A stretch of 64,000 nucleotides of DNA from Turneriella sp. (GTDB lineage Bacteria; Spirochaetota; Leptospiria; Turneriellales; Turneriellaceae): positions 2,761,097 through 2,825,096 of the forward strand of contig CBDIID010000003.1 in the NCBI GenBank assembly GCA_965279515.1, read 5' to 3'. Within the stretch, counting starts at the first letter, position 1, and the number at the start of each line of letters is the position of its first letter. Made by a program: the position numbers and the translations under genes. Positions 9,735-19,081 of this stretch are shown in pieces. The notes below the pieces were generated by a model that saw nothing but the letters and a program-made list of their open reading frames with translations, was not told where the DNA came from and made no database searches.

Positions 9735-10892
9735 TTGACGGTTCGCTGCTTCGTCTTTAAATCCGCCACTTTGTGGAAGTACCTTGCAGCGATCTTTTCG
9801 CTCGCCCTGTTGCCTCTCACCGCCGCGCCGACCGTCAAACGCCTGCTGATCCTGAACCCGGTGAATGAAGGCAGTGAGGCGAATTCCTATATCGGCCCGT
9901 CTCTGGCCGACGCCTTGCGCACGGGCCTCGCCGAAAACTACTTCTTTATACATCCCGAAGCGGATGCCATCGAAGCGGTGCGCAAAGAAAATCTGATCCA
10001 GGACGAAGACCTCTACACCAAATCTGCAGCGCTGCAAATGGGCGCATGGCTCAGGCAAGATCTTGTGCTGGGCGGCAAATACTCTGTCGCCGGCAACCGG
10101 TTGAAACTCAACCTCACGCTTTACGAAATCGAGACCGAAAAGGCCCTCCTCACTTTCAAAAGTGAGACCGCCATTTCGGCGAAAATGTTTGATACCTTTG
10201 CGAAAATCGCCGCTGACCTCGGCAAACAGATGGCTGAGGCGCTGCCATCGCAACAAGATCTCGCGGCGTCGGGTGGCAGATTTTACGATCCGGAAAAAGG
10301 CAAGCGCACCCTGTTGCTGAGTTTTGGTACGCGCGCCGCGGGTTTTGCCAAGACGAATGACAATCTCTCTTCAGGCACGACGGTTTCGACAGCTGAAGCA
10401 CTCCACTTCAATGCTGAGTTTGCCTATCAGCGTCACAATGCGGGTGAAATACTGAACCGCAAATATAAATGGCCCGTATTTGTGCAGTTCAGCCTGAACG
10501 GCGGCTATGCGAAAAAAAATTATGCGCGCGACGGGCAAAGTGTGCCCACACGGGTCATAGCTATAGAAGGATTGCCTTCTTTGGGTTATGCCTTCTCCCT
10601 ACCGAAGGGCATCCGTCTTGAGCCCTATGCGGGTGTCGGCTTTGGTTATTCGAATTATAACTTTGATTATTCGGGGCTTGCCCGCAAACCTGTCGATACC
10701 AGTGCTGCACAGAGCGTTTCGGCACAGACGCTCGAGCAGTTTTATTTTTTCTCTCAGGCGGGCCTGATCGCCAAGTATGCCATCACACCGCGTTGGGCGG
10801 TGGTGTTCGCCCCATCTTTTTCGCTGTTTCATTTTTCTGACGGCGTGCAGGCCGAGCTCAACGCGAAAATCGGGGCGGGGTGGTACTTTTGA
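9735..10892 (+). CDS. Predicted outer-membrane protein: TolB-N/CsgG/FlgO-like alpha/beta domain plus C-terminal beta-barrel
   Basis: Signal peptide; KRLLILNPVN...DLVLGGKY domain; amphipathic strands ending KIGAGWYF (terminal aromatic, BAM-type signal). Confidence 0.6.
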   Translation: MTVRCFVFKSATLWKYLAAIFSLALLPLTAAPTVKRLLILNPVNEGSEANSYIGPSLADALRTGLAENYFFIHPEADAIEAVRKENLIQDEDLYTKSAALQMGAWLRQDLVLGGKYSVAGNRLKLNLTLYEIETEKALLTFKSETAISAKMFDTFAKIAADLGKQMAEALPSQQDLAASGGRFYDPEKGKRTLLLSFGTRAAGFAKTNDNLSSGTTVSTAEALHFNAEFAYQRHNAGEILNRKYKWPVFVQFSLNGGYAKKNYARDGQSVPTRVIAIEGLPSLGYAFSLPKGIRLEPYAGVGFGYSNYNFDYSGLARKPVDTSAAQSVSAQTLEQFYFFSQAGLIAKYAITPRWAVVFAPSFSLFHFSDGVQAELNAKIGAGWYF

Positions 10893-11824
10893 AAAAGGGA
10901 TTGATTCTGGTTCTGGCGGCAGCGGGATTTAGTGCGTGTATTGCACAAAAAACCGTGGGTGTCACATTCACCGAAAGCGGAAAGGGCGTCGGGATTTTTT
11001 CGGGCCAGGTGGATAAGACGGCTACTACGGCCACTACAACTTTAGGCTCGATGGTAAATTCCATAGGCTTGGCTGTTACTATCCTCGAATTCACAGTCAA
11101 AGAAAATGGATCAAAAGACGGCTATCCGCTTCAGATCAAAGAACTGCGTTTTACGAATACCGGCACGGCTGATACTTCCGACCTGCGCTTTGTGCTGGAA
11201 GGCCCGGGAAGCAACAATACAATCGGTACCAGCAGCGGTACGATAGTAACCTTTAAAGACTTTGGCGACATTATCGTAACTGACGGCGATACTACAGGAA
11301 AAACCTATCAGGTGAAAGTGCATGTCCGTTCAAACATTGTCGGTTCCACGGCTGATAATAATACCATCGTCCTGAAGACTTCTCCGGTCACGGATTTTGA
11401 CGTGGCTGAAACCTCTTCTAATTTTTTGCAAAGCGTCGCTTCTTTTCAGCAAAGCCCGGGAACGGCCGTCGATGTTGTCGCCACCACCGTCCAGTTCAAG
11501 GGAACATTCAACTTCGGCAATGTCGCCGTGAGTGCAGCTTTTCCCGGAACACCCTCGGTCTATGCGACAGACGCCAATGGCAGAATCGACAAGAACTGGT
11601 CGACGGCCATTGCGGTGATCGACAAACTAACCGATTGTGCCGGTGCCAACACCGACGCGCCGGGTACATTAACCAACGCTGGTGGTGGTGGACTTTCCCT
11701 GACGCCTACGCAGGGCGTGGTTACTTATACCGACTTACGCTATAACGCTACCGGCTCCATTCAGATCTATGCAACTTCGGCCGGGTTGATTGCGAATTGT
11801 TCGTCCATCATCACGTTACCCTAA
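10889..11824 (+). CDS. Hypothetical lipoprotein, Thr/Ser/Gly-rich and beta-rich (Ig-like?)
   Basis: TTG start overlapping the upstream stop (TTGA); lipobox GFSAC. Confidence 0.65.
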   Translation: MKKGLILVLAAAGFSACIAQKTVGVTFTESGKGVGIFSGQVDKTATTATTTLGSMVNSIGLAVTILEFTVKENGSKDGYPLQIKELRFTNTGTADTSDLRFVLEGPGSNNTIGTSSGTIVTFKDFGDIIVTDGDTTGKTYQVKVHVRSNIVGSTADNNTIVLKTSPVTDFDVAETSSNFLQSVASFQQSPGTAVDVVATTVQFKGTFNFGNVAVSAAFPGTPSVYATDANGRIDKNWSTAIAVIDKLTDCAGANTDAPGTLTNAGGGGLSLTPTQGVVTYTDLRYNATGSIQIYATSAGLIANCSSIITLP

Positions 11825-11832
11825 GTCAGAAC

Positions 11833-11860
11833 TTGTTCCGTCAGGGTGATTCGAACACCC
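11833..11860 (-). other. tRNA 3'-end-like hairpin (T-arm plus acceptor half)
   Basis: Minus strand reads GGGTG-TTCGAAT-CACCC-TGACGGA-A-CAA. No 5' half was found. Confidence 0.3.
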
Positions 11861-11946
11861 GAGTACAAAAGCGGATGCCCCTATCGCCATGGATCGTTGC
11901 GAATTCTTTACCGCATGACGACCAATGGCGTGGCATGCGAGACGCC

Positions 11947-12879
11947 ATGAAAATCATCATCCCCGGTGGCACAGGTCAGCTCGGTCAGGTGCTGCGCCGT
12001 GAGTTTGAAAGCACCGGTGACGAAGTCGTGATTCTCACACGCCGGCCGACCCGGCCCGGCGAAATCGAGTGGGATGGCAAAACGTTAGGCGCATGGCAAC
12101 GTGAACTCGATGGCAGCGACGTCGTGATAAACCTCGCAGGCCGCACGGTGAATTGCCGCTATACCCAAGAAAATCTCGCGCAGATGATGGACTCCCGCGT
12201 CGATTCAACCCGCGTGGTGGGTGAAGCCATCCGCCTTGCGAAAAAGCCGCCGAAGCTGTGGCTGCAGATGAGCACCGCGACAATCTATGCGCATCGCTTC
12301 GATGCCGCGAACGATGAAGCGACGGGAATCATCGGCGGCAGCGAAGCCTGGGTGCCAGAGTACTGGGCATTCAGCGTCGAAATTGCGAAAGCATGGGAGC
12401 GCGAACAGGAAAAAGCAAAGACACCTAAGACGCGCAAGGTCGCCATGCGCACGGCCATGGTCATGGCGCCGGGTAAGGGCGGAGTGTTTGACGTGCTCCA
12501 CAACATGACACGCGGGGGTCTGGGCGGAGCGATCGGCGGTGGCAATCAATTTGTCTCATGGATTCATTATGCCGATTTCTGCGCGGCCGTTCGTTTCGTG
12601 ATGGAAAAAAAGAAACTCGCAGGCGCGATCAATTTTACAGCGCCCAACCCGCTGCCGCAAAAGGAATTTATGCGCGAGCTGCGTACCGCTGCACATGTAC
12701 CGATCGGGTTACCCGCGACAAAATGGATGGCCGAGATCGGCGCCTTTTTTCTGCGCACCGACACCGAGCTCCTTCTCAAGAGCCGGCGCGTGGTGCCGAC
12801 ACGCCTTCTTAAGGAAGGATTTAGATTTGCCTTCAATGACTGGCACACCGCAGCCGCCGATCTGCTGAGCCGCAAATAA
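11947..12879 (+). CDS. TIGR01777 family NAD-dependent epimerase/oxidoreductase (DUF1731 C-terminus)
   Basis: MKIIIPGGTGQLG Rossmann motif, VINLAG, SWIHYAD, NFTAPNP, ELLLKSRRVVPTRL. Confidence 0.9.
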   Translation: MKIIIPGGTGQLGQVLRREFESTGDEVVILTRRPTRPGEIEWDGKTLGAWQRELDGSDVVINLAGRTVNCRYTQENLAQMMDSRVDSTRVVGEAIRLAKKPPKLWLQMSTATIYAHRFDAANDEATGIIGGSEAWVPEYWAFSVEIAKAWEREQEKAKTPKTRKVAMRTAMVMAPGKGGVFDVLHNMTRGGLGGAIGGGNQFVSWIHYADFCAAVRFVMEKKKLAGAINFTAPNPLPQKEFMRELRTAAHVPIGLPATKWMAEIGAFFLRTDTELLLKSRRVVPTRLLKEGFRFAFNDWHTAAADLLSRK

Positions 12880-12884
12880 AGCCC

Positions 12885-14663
12885 ATGGTGCGCCATACTT
12901 CTCTAATACTGCTCATCGCTGCGGGTACATCTTGCTTTTTTACGCGTAACCCTGCATCTAACCCGAACCAGCTGTTCATAACCGATGCCGCCGAACTCAA
13001 AGCTCTTGAGGACCAGGGATTCGGTTTTTCTGAGCTCGTCTTCGCCTCCAAAAAACTTTTAGCCACGAATAAGCAGCTATACCAGGTATCTGCATACAAG
13101 GAAATCAGCGACAGTCTCTCCACTGATCTGAAAAATCTGCCAAAGGCGGATAAACTTTTGGGCGTGGGCATGGCTTATTCGCACAGGCTTTTCAACCCCG
13201 ACTGGCTCGCCGCAGAATCTGCTTTCTATGAACTTGTCGGCATCGTCGCGCGGCTCGACCGCGCACCATTTCAAGCACAGAGCTGCGGCGAGATCCGTGT
13301 TATCTATCGGCTTGCCTACCGTACGCGCAGCGGCAAAAGTACTATTTATTCTCGCCTGCCGATGACTGTGAATGCGGTCTTCTGGGCCAAAGACGAAAAC
13401 AACAGTTCCAACGATTGTCGTAAGGTTGCGGCCTATTGGCAAAACCTGTCGGGAAATTTGCCACGGAATCGGTCGGCTCTGACAGCCGCAAGTCTCAAAT
13501 CCATCGAAGTCAATATGCAGTCCGTGCGCTGGCCTTCCACCGTGCGGCCCGATTTTGGCGGTTATGCAGAATATTTTCTGCGCGTGTTTAAGAAAACAGG
13601 AGGGAAGTATAAACCGGCTGCTCTCGAGAATACTCCGGATGTCAAAAAAATCCAGGGCAGTGCGCAACTAAAAGACGAGATGCTCACCTGGATTTCGCAG
13701 AATCTTACTGCCATCGATCAGGGTATTGCAGTTCTACCCGATAAATTTCTTACCCGAAAAACAACATCGGTTGCGCTCAATGGATCAGGGCGCCTCGCGA
13801 ATTTGCCGTTCCGGCAGATTTTCAGCGAAACGGAAATAGAGCCTTTGGCAAAAGCTGGAAAATACACGGCCTCGGCGGCTTGGCTCTTGCGGCGCCTCGA
13901 CGATATGACCTGCAGTGGCTGTCACCAGGGCCGTGCCGTCGCGGGTTTTCATTTCACGGGCGCCGATCGCCCGGAAACCGACACCGTGAATTCGATCTTC
14001 AATGCCGCATCGCCGCACTTCTTTGCCGATCAAGGAAGACGTCAGCATTATGCCGACGCATTGCTGCAAAAAAAACCTGCCGATAATTACCGCGAGATTT
14101 CACTGCGCAGCGATCATGAAGCCGGTGTGTTCGGTTCTGTTTGTGAAACGGGAGATAGGGCTTTACCTAAGTTCGGCTGCAATGCCGGTTTTGCATGCCT
14201 GCCCCTGAACAGAGACGAAAAAATTCATAACCTGGGTATTTGTCAGCCGGTAACCACGCTCGCAGGTTCCGCGTGTACGAATGGCCAGCCCATCGCGGAT
14301 ATCCATCCGCATAAAGATAGAATTACCAGGAGCAAAAATCTCTCTTGCAACAAGGGTTACCGCTGCCAAAATGTACCGGTGGGTTTTCCCGGTGGCATGT
14401 GTTCCAATAATTGCAGTTCACTTAAAGAGGGAGAAATCTGTGGCAGCATCGCTAACTTGCAGGGCTTCAACGATTGCCTCGCGCGCACCGAGCCGTTCGC
14501 GACCTGCCTTTCAGGCAACGTCAGGCCGGGTGCCTTGAAGGCCTGCGATCAAAACAATGCCTGCCGGCCCGACTATATCTGCGCGAGAATTTCAGGGAAT
14601 AAAGGCGGATGCATACCGCCTTATTTTCTTTTTCAGTTACGCGTCGATGGCCACAACTTTTGA
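12885..14663 (+). CDS. Hypothetical lipoprotein with a CxxCH motif and a Cys-rich C-terminal domain
   Basis: Lipobox-like AGTSC; TCSGCHQG; 16 Cys in the last ~175 aa. Confidence 0.7.
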   Translation: MVRHTSLILLIAAGTSCFFTRNPASNPNQLFITDAAELKALEDQGFGFSELVFASKKLLATNKQLYQVSAYKEISDSLSTDLKNLPKADKLLGVGMAYSHRLFNPDWLAAESAFYELVGIVARLDRAPFQAQSCGEIRVIYRLAYRTRSGKSTIYSRLPMTVNAVFWAKDENNSSNDCRKVAAYWQNLSGNLPRNRSALTAASLKSIEVNMQSVRWPSTVRPDFGGYAEYFLRVFKKTGGKYKPAALENTPDVKKIQGSAQLKDEMLTWISQNLTAIDQGIAVLPDKFLTRKTTSVALNGSGRLANLPFRQIFSETEIEPLAKAGKYTASAAWLLRRLDDMTCSGCHQGRAVAGFHFTGADRPETDTVNSIFNAASPHFFADQGRRQHYADALLQKKPADNYREISLRSDHEAGVFGSVCETGDRALPKFGCNAGFACLPLNRDEKIHNLGICQPVTTLAGSACTNGQPIADIHPHKDRITRSKNLSCNKGYRCQNVPVGFPGGMCSNNCSSLKEGEICGSIANLQGFNDCLARTEPFATCLSGNVRPGALKACDQNNACRPDYICARISGNKGGCIPPYFLFQLRVDGHNF

Positions 14664-14665
14664 GA

Positions 14666-15598
14666 TCAAAACTCCGTAGCGATGATGACCCCGTAAACAC
14701 CGCGGATGACCTGCGTGATCTTTTCATAATCCAGCGTATCGGGAGTATCTGTTGCCTCATGGTAGTTGTGGTTACGCATGAAGGCGGTGTCGGTCACCAT
14801 CGCTGCATTCCAGCCCTGCGCCCAGTAGTTGAGATGGTCTGAAAAATCGACGCCGGTAACAAAAGACGGGGCCGCAAGGGTAATGATTTTGAGCGGTGAA
14901 TGTTTCTGAAAATTTTTCTTGAAGCCGCTCAGTAAATCGCTGTCAGCCTGACGCCCAACGGCGGCGATAAAATTCCCTTCGCCGGGATAAAACCAACTGA
15001 GTCCGGGCGGGTAACTCTGAGATCCCTTCTTATCGGAATAATAGCCGATGGTTTCTAGCGACAGCATATACTTTACCCTCGCCCCTTTATCTTTCAGCGA
15101 GCGTGCATGCACCGCGCTGCCCATGAACTTTGTACGAAAATACGGGGGCTCCTCCAGTGAATAAAACACCAGTTCGTAGTTGTAGCGGAGCGCAGCCTTG
15201 TTCTCGGAAAGATATTTTGCCAAAAGCAATAATCCCGCAACGCCGCTGGCGTTGTCGTCGGCGCCCGGCTGGTCACCGCAGACATCGTAGTGGGCACCAA
15301 TCACGATAATCTCAGCACTCTGTGGGCCGATGTTCGCCACCAGATTGCGGTAGATGCGATTATCCACCTTATAATCCTGAGTGCGGATGGTTTTCGTAAA
15401 CGGCCGCAATTCACGGTTGATATATTTTACTGCTTTTTCGAGCGATTCTATGTTCCGGTGGTTACGCGGTGGTTGAATCGAAGAGAGGGCAGCGACGTGC
15501 CGCTTCACTAGCGCCATATCTTCGACCGGCGAGGCCTCCAGCGAACCTAAGAGCGTGACAGAAATAAGCGCTCCAACGAAACACGAGGCCTTGCGCAT
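14666..15598 (-). CDS. M28 family metallopeptidase
   Basis: IGAHYD, GADDNASG, LEEPP, LETIG, SDH, YHEATD. Confidence 0.9.
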   Translation of the reverse strand: MRKASCFVGALISVTLLGSLEASPVEDMALVKRHVAALSSIQPPRNHRNIESLEKAVKYINRELRPFTKTIRTQDYKVDNRIYRNLVANIGPQSAEIIVIGAHYDVCGDQPGADDNASGVAGLLLLAKYLSENKAALRYNYELVFYSLEEPPYFRTKFMGSAVHARSLKDKGARVKYMLSLETIGYYSDKKGSQSYPPGLSWFYPGEGNFIAAVGRQADSDLLSGFKKNFQKHSPLKIITLAAPSFVTGVDFSDHLNYWAQGWNAAMVTDTAFMRNHNYHEATDTPDTLDYEKITQVIRGVYGVIIATEF

Positions 15599-15699
15599 GC
15601 GAACTTAACGGCATAAAGGATAGCGAAGCGTCAAGTGCCATTTGCCTAAATTCCGATTGACGGAACGCGGCGGTGGATATCCCGCTGACTGCCTACTCC

Positions 15700-16797
15700 A
15701 TGATTTTCAGAAACGTGCTTTTGGTTGTTTTCGTTGCCTCTGCCGGAACAGTATCGGCGCAAACGGCGGCGCTTGCCGATGTGCCGGCAGGTTGCAACGC
15801 GGAAATCCGCCTCAATCGCCCAAAGGTCTATATCGCTAACTTTTACGTCACCTATGGCAAGGCTGACATGGGCAAGAACATCGGCGATTATATTGCACAG
15901 CGCTTCGAAACCGACGGCCGTTTCGAGCTGGTACCGCGCGCTGCGATCAGCGAAACGATGAGCCGTTTTCTGACCGGAAAAAAGATCAGTGCAGACCAAT
16001 ACCTGCAACGCACACTCGCGCTTGCCGCAGGCGAAAACGCCGACTGCGTCATCTTCGGAAGAATTTCAAAAAAGAAAAACAAAGTCTCTTTTTCAGTGCG
16101 GATGTCCTCCGTCAGCAGCGGTGCCAGCGCGCGCAAAGTCGACACCGATGTCGAGCGCGACGCGGCGCTCGGCTTCTTAGAGGGCATCGGCGATTCGTTT
16201 GTCAGTTATTTTGTCACTGCCGCGCCGGTGCCCGTTGCGGACAACAATACCGAGGGCAGACACCGCGGTTTTCACCTGAGTCTTACGGCCGGCAGCGGCT
16301 ACCTCACCGCATCCAAGCCGATCGGCAGTGATAGTTTTTCCGTGGATTCTTTTGCAGGCCATGCAGGTCTGAAAATCGGCGCGGCGATCCGGCCGGATGT
16401 CATTCTGTTCGGCGCCTTCGATGGTTTTATAGGTTTCTCTCCCGTGGGTAAGTTACAGCAGAGCGGCATTCAGGACGCCGTTTCGTTCTCTGAACTCAGC
16501 CATAACATTCTCACAGCGGGTGCGGGGTTGAAATTATACAGCGAAGAAAATTATTTTTTTTCCGCCTCGCTTGGCTTTGCTACCGGAACTCTGGGGTACA
16601 GCAACAACGGCGTCAGCACTTCCGGAAACTCAGGCTATGGTGTGGCAGTGCAGCTCAGCCTCGGCCGCGAATGGTGGATTGCCCAACGCCTGGGCATCGG
16701 CATCGCATTGACGGGCCACTATAGCAACCTGCCGGGAAACTCGGTTTCTGTGAATCAGTATTATGCAGGCCTCGGAATCTCGGCCAGTTATAACTGA
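15700..16797 (+). CDS. Predicted OMP: TolB-N/CsgG-like domain plus beta-barrel (paralog A)
   Basis: Signal peptide ending VSA; PKVYIANFYV...ADCVIFGRI; C-terminal strands ending LGISASYN. Confidence 0.65.
   Translation: MIFRNVLLVVFVASAGTVSAQTAALADVPAGCNAEIRLNRPKVYIANFYVTYGKADMGKNIGDYIAQRFETDGRFELVPRAAISETMSRFLTGKKISADQYLQRTLALAAGENADCVIFGRISKKKNKVSFSVRMSSVSSGASARKVDTDVERDAALGFLEGIGDSFVSYFVTAAPVPVADNNTEGRHRGFHLSLTAGSGYLTASKPIGSDSFSVDSFAGHAGLKIGAAIRPDVILFGAFDGFIGFSPVGKLQQSGIQDAVSFSELSHNILTAGAGLKLYSEENYFFSASLGFATGTLGYSNNGVSTSGNSGYGVAVQLSLGREWWIAQRLGIGIALTGHYSNLPGNSVSVNQYYAGLGISASYN
15790..16215 (+). repeat. 426-bp domain duplication, copy 1 (copy 2 at 17036-17461)
   Basis: Colinear, same-length segments encoding near-identical GCxAEIRxNRPKVYIANF...EGIGDSFVSYFV. 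Confidence 0.9.
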
Positions 16798-16820
16798 CTT
16801 GCAGATCCCTGAAATTCGAA

Positions 16821-16850
16821 TTGACGGCGCGATACGGCGGTTGCTATTAT
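16821..16850 (+). promoter_or_regulatory. Sigma70-type promoter candidate
   Basis: TTGACG-N18-TATTAT upstream of the ATG at 16916. Confidence 0.5.
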
Positions 16851-16915
16851 GAGCCACCGCCTGTTAGCCCTCCGCAGCTATCACTTACATAAAACAGGCC
16901 TTTAATTGAACTACT

Positions 16916-17980
16916 ATGTTAAGACGCTTCCTGATCGCGGCCGCTTGTGTCACAATACCCTGTAAGGTTTTTAGCCAAAATCCCGGCCAAATGATTTCTG
17001 CGACGGGCGTTTCCGGATTAATCAGCCCGCCGACAGGCTGCAGTGCCGAAATCCGCGGCAACCGGCCAAAGGTTTACATCGCCAACTTCTTCGTAACCTA
17101 CGGGAAAAAAGACATGGGCAAGGCGATCGGTGACTATATCGCCGAACGTTTCGAAACGGATGGCCGCTTTGAAATCATTCCCCGGGCCCAGATCAATGAA
17201 ACGATGATGCCTTTTTTCAAGAACAAAAAGGCCACGGCAGACCAATACCTGCAGAAAACGCTCGAACTCGCCGCCAGCCAGGATGCCGACTGTGTAATCT
17301 TTGGCCGCATAGCCAAAAAGAAAAACAAAATCTCTTTTCTTGTACGGATGGCAGCCGTCTCGACGGGAAACAGCGTGCGCAAAGTCGATACCGACGTCGA
17401 AAAAGCCGAAGCCGTCCAATTTCTCGAAGGTATCGGCGATTCTTTTGTCAGTTATTTTGTCTCAGCACCCGCTCTGCCCGTGCCGATTGCAGATAAGCCG
17501 GGAAAAATCCGCGGTTTTTATCTTGCTGCGAATGGTGTCGGCGTTCTTCCCTTTGGTTTCGTGCGCAATGGGTTCTCCTGGGGCTCAGGCGGGTCATTTG
17601 AATTCGGGCATAAAGGGCTGCTGGGCAAAGATTTGTTTTTCGGTGTGAACGGAGAATACGTCTATTATTTCAAGAGCAACGATAATTTTACAAGTCTCTA
17701 TAGCATGACCGCGCTGGGTCTCGCCGGTTATGAATTTCTGACTTTGGAGAAACTGAAATTCCAGCTTGTGCTGTATGGCGGTTACCAGATGGGTCGACTC
17801 ACCGGGGCCGTGGAAACCTTTGATTATGGTTACGGTATCTTTATGGCCGGCAGCCGAGCCGTTTATGATCTGAGCGAACGTTGGGGACTCATGGGTGAAG
17901 CACGCTACTCACTGGCAATTGCGGGTTCAACGAAGATTTCCTCAGTCGGTTTTTCAGCTGGTGGCCAATGGAGGTTTTGA
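16916..17980 (+). CDS. Predicted OMP: TolB-N/CsgG-like domain plus beta-barrel (paralog B)
   Basis: Same N-domain as 15700-16797 with a different barrel ending AGGQWRF. Confidence 0.65.
   Translation: MLRRFLIAAACVTIPCKVFSQNPGQMISATGVSGLISPPTGCSAEIRGNRPKVYIANFFVTYGKKDMGKAIGDYIAERFETDGRFEIIPRAQINETMMPFFKNKKATADQYLQKTLELAASQDADCVIFGRIAKKKNKISFLVRMAAVSTGNSVRKVDTDVEKAEAVQFLEGIGDSFVSYFVSAPALPVPIADKPGKIRGFYLAANGVGVLPFGFVRNGFSWGSGGSFEFGHKGLLGKDLFFGVNGEYVYYFKSNDNFTSLYSMTALGLAGYEFLTLEKLKFQLVLYGGYQMGRLTGAVETFDYGYGIFMAGSRAVYDLSERWGLMGEARYSLAIAGSTKISSVGFSAGGQWRF
17036..17461 (+). repeat. 426-bp domain duplication, copy 2
   Basis: Aligns without gaps to 15790-16215. Confidence 0.9.
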
Positions 17981-19038
17981 TGCGACGTCAAATACACATA
18001 CTACTATCATGCTGTTTCGCACTCGGCATCTCGGATTGTAAATCCTATGAAGACAGCTTTAACCGCGATATCGATAGCACAGGGGTCTACGTACCTAATT
18101 CCGGTTCAAACACAGTTTCGCAACTCGCCGCCGACCCTAAATCCGGCATATTGAATGACCTGGGGCAATTAGGCGTGGGCAACCTGCCCGGTTATCTCAC
18201 AGTAAATTCGACCGGCACGCTTGCATATCTGGTAAACACCAACGACAATTTGGTTCATGTTTACAGCATCAGTAAAACGACGCGCAAACTCACCTTAACA
18301 AGCACGGCAACAACAGGCACGCAGCCGATCATGATCGCCTTCCATGGTTCGGGAAAGTTCGCCTACGTGGTGAACGCTACGTCGAAAACGATCTCGGCCT
18401 ATTCCGTCGATGCGACGAGCGGCGCTCTCACGTCGCTTGGTACTGCCACCAATATGGAGGGCTCCGGAACGCGAATCCCTTATTTTATCGCGATTACAGG
18501 AAACTATGCAATCGTAACCGCTTTGGCTCATGCCGAAATCTATTTGTACGATATTGCGCCCACTACGGGGGCAATTTCTTCAAATGCCACACCTTTTGCC
18601 AACATCGGTGCGCTTCCGAAATGGATTCGCACTGTAGATTCAGGAAATAATCCGTATATTTTCGTTGCGACCGCTGCCAACAAGATTGAATCGTTTCAAT
18701 TTTCCAGTTGGACTCTTAATCCGACGACAGCTCAAACGACTACGGGTGTAAACCCGATGGTATTCAGTTTTAATCCGGCATCTTCTGCGCTGTATGTTTC
18801 TAACTACGATGCCGCGACAATTTCTATCTATTCGGTTTCCGGAATAAACCTGACTTTAACGGGCACAGTTAGTACCTGCACGAACCCTTCGCAATCTTAT
18901 CTCAATTCTTCCGGCTTTATGTATCTCATCTGCAGGGCCGATGGCAAGATTAACGGGTATTCCTATACTTCCAATAGCCTTACAGCCGTTGGCAGCGTGA
19001 CTGTCGGAACAACCCCTGCGAGTATCGCCGGCTACTGA
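17980..19038 (+). CDS. Lipoprotein, lactonase-family (6-phosphogluconolactonase/YVTN-like) beta-propeller
   Basis: ATG overlaps the upstream TGA; signal with ISDC; repeated TGTQP/GKFAYVVN/ISAYSVDATSGALT blades. Confidence 0.75.
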   Translation: MRRQIHILLSCCFALGISDCKSYEDSFNRDIDSTGVYVPNSGSNTVSQLAADPKSGILNDLGQLGVGNLPGYLTVNSTGTLAYLVNTNDNLVHVYSISKTTRKLTLTSTATTGTQPIMIAFHGSGKFAYVVNATSKTISAYSVDATSGALTSLGTATNMEGSGTRIPYFIAITGNYAIVTALAHAEIYLYDIAPTTGAISSNATPFANIGALPKWIRTVDSGNNPYIFVATAANKIESFQFSSWTLNPTTAQTTTGVNPMVFSFNPASSALYVSNYDAATISIYSVSGINLTLTGTVSTCTNPSQSYLNSSGFMYLICRADGKINGYSYTSNSLTAVGSVTVGTTPASIAGY

Positions 19039-19081
19039 CCTTTTTCCTTTTCACCCTGTCTGAATTTTCATTTTTCCACGC

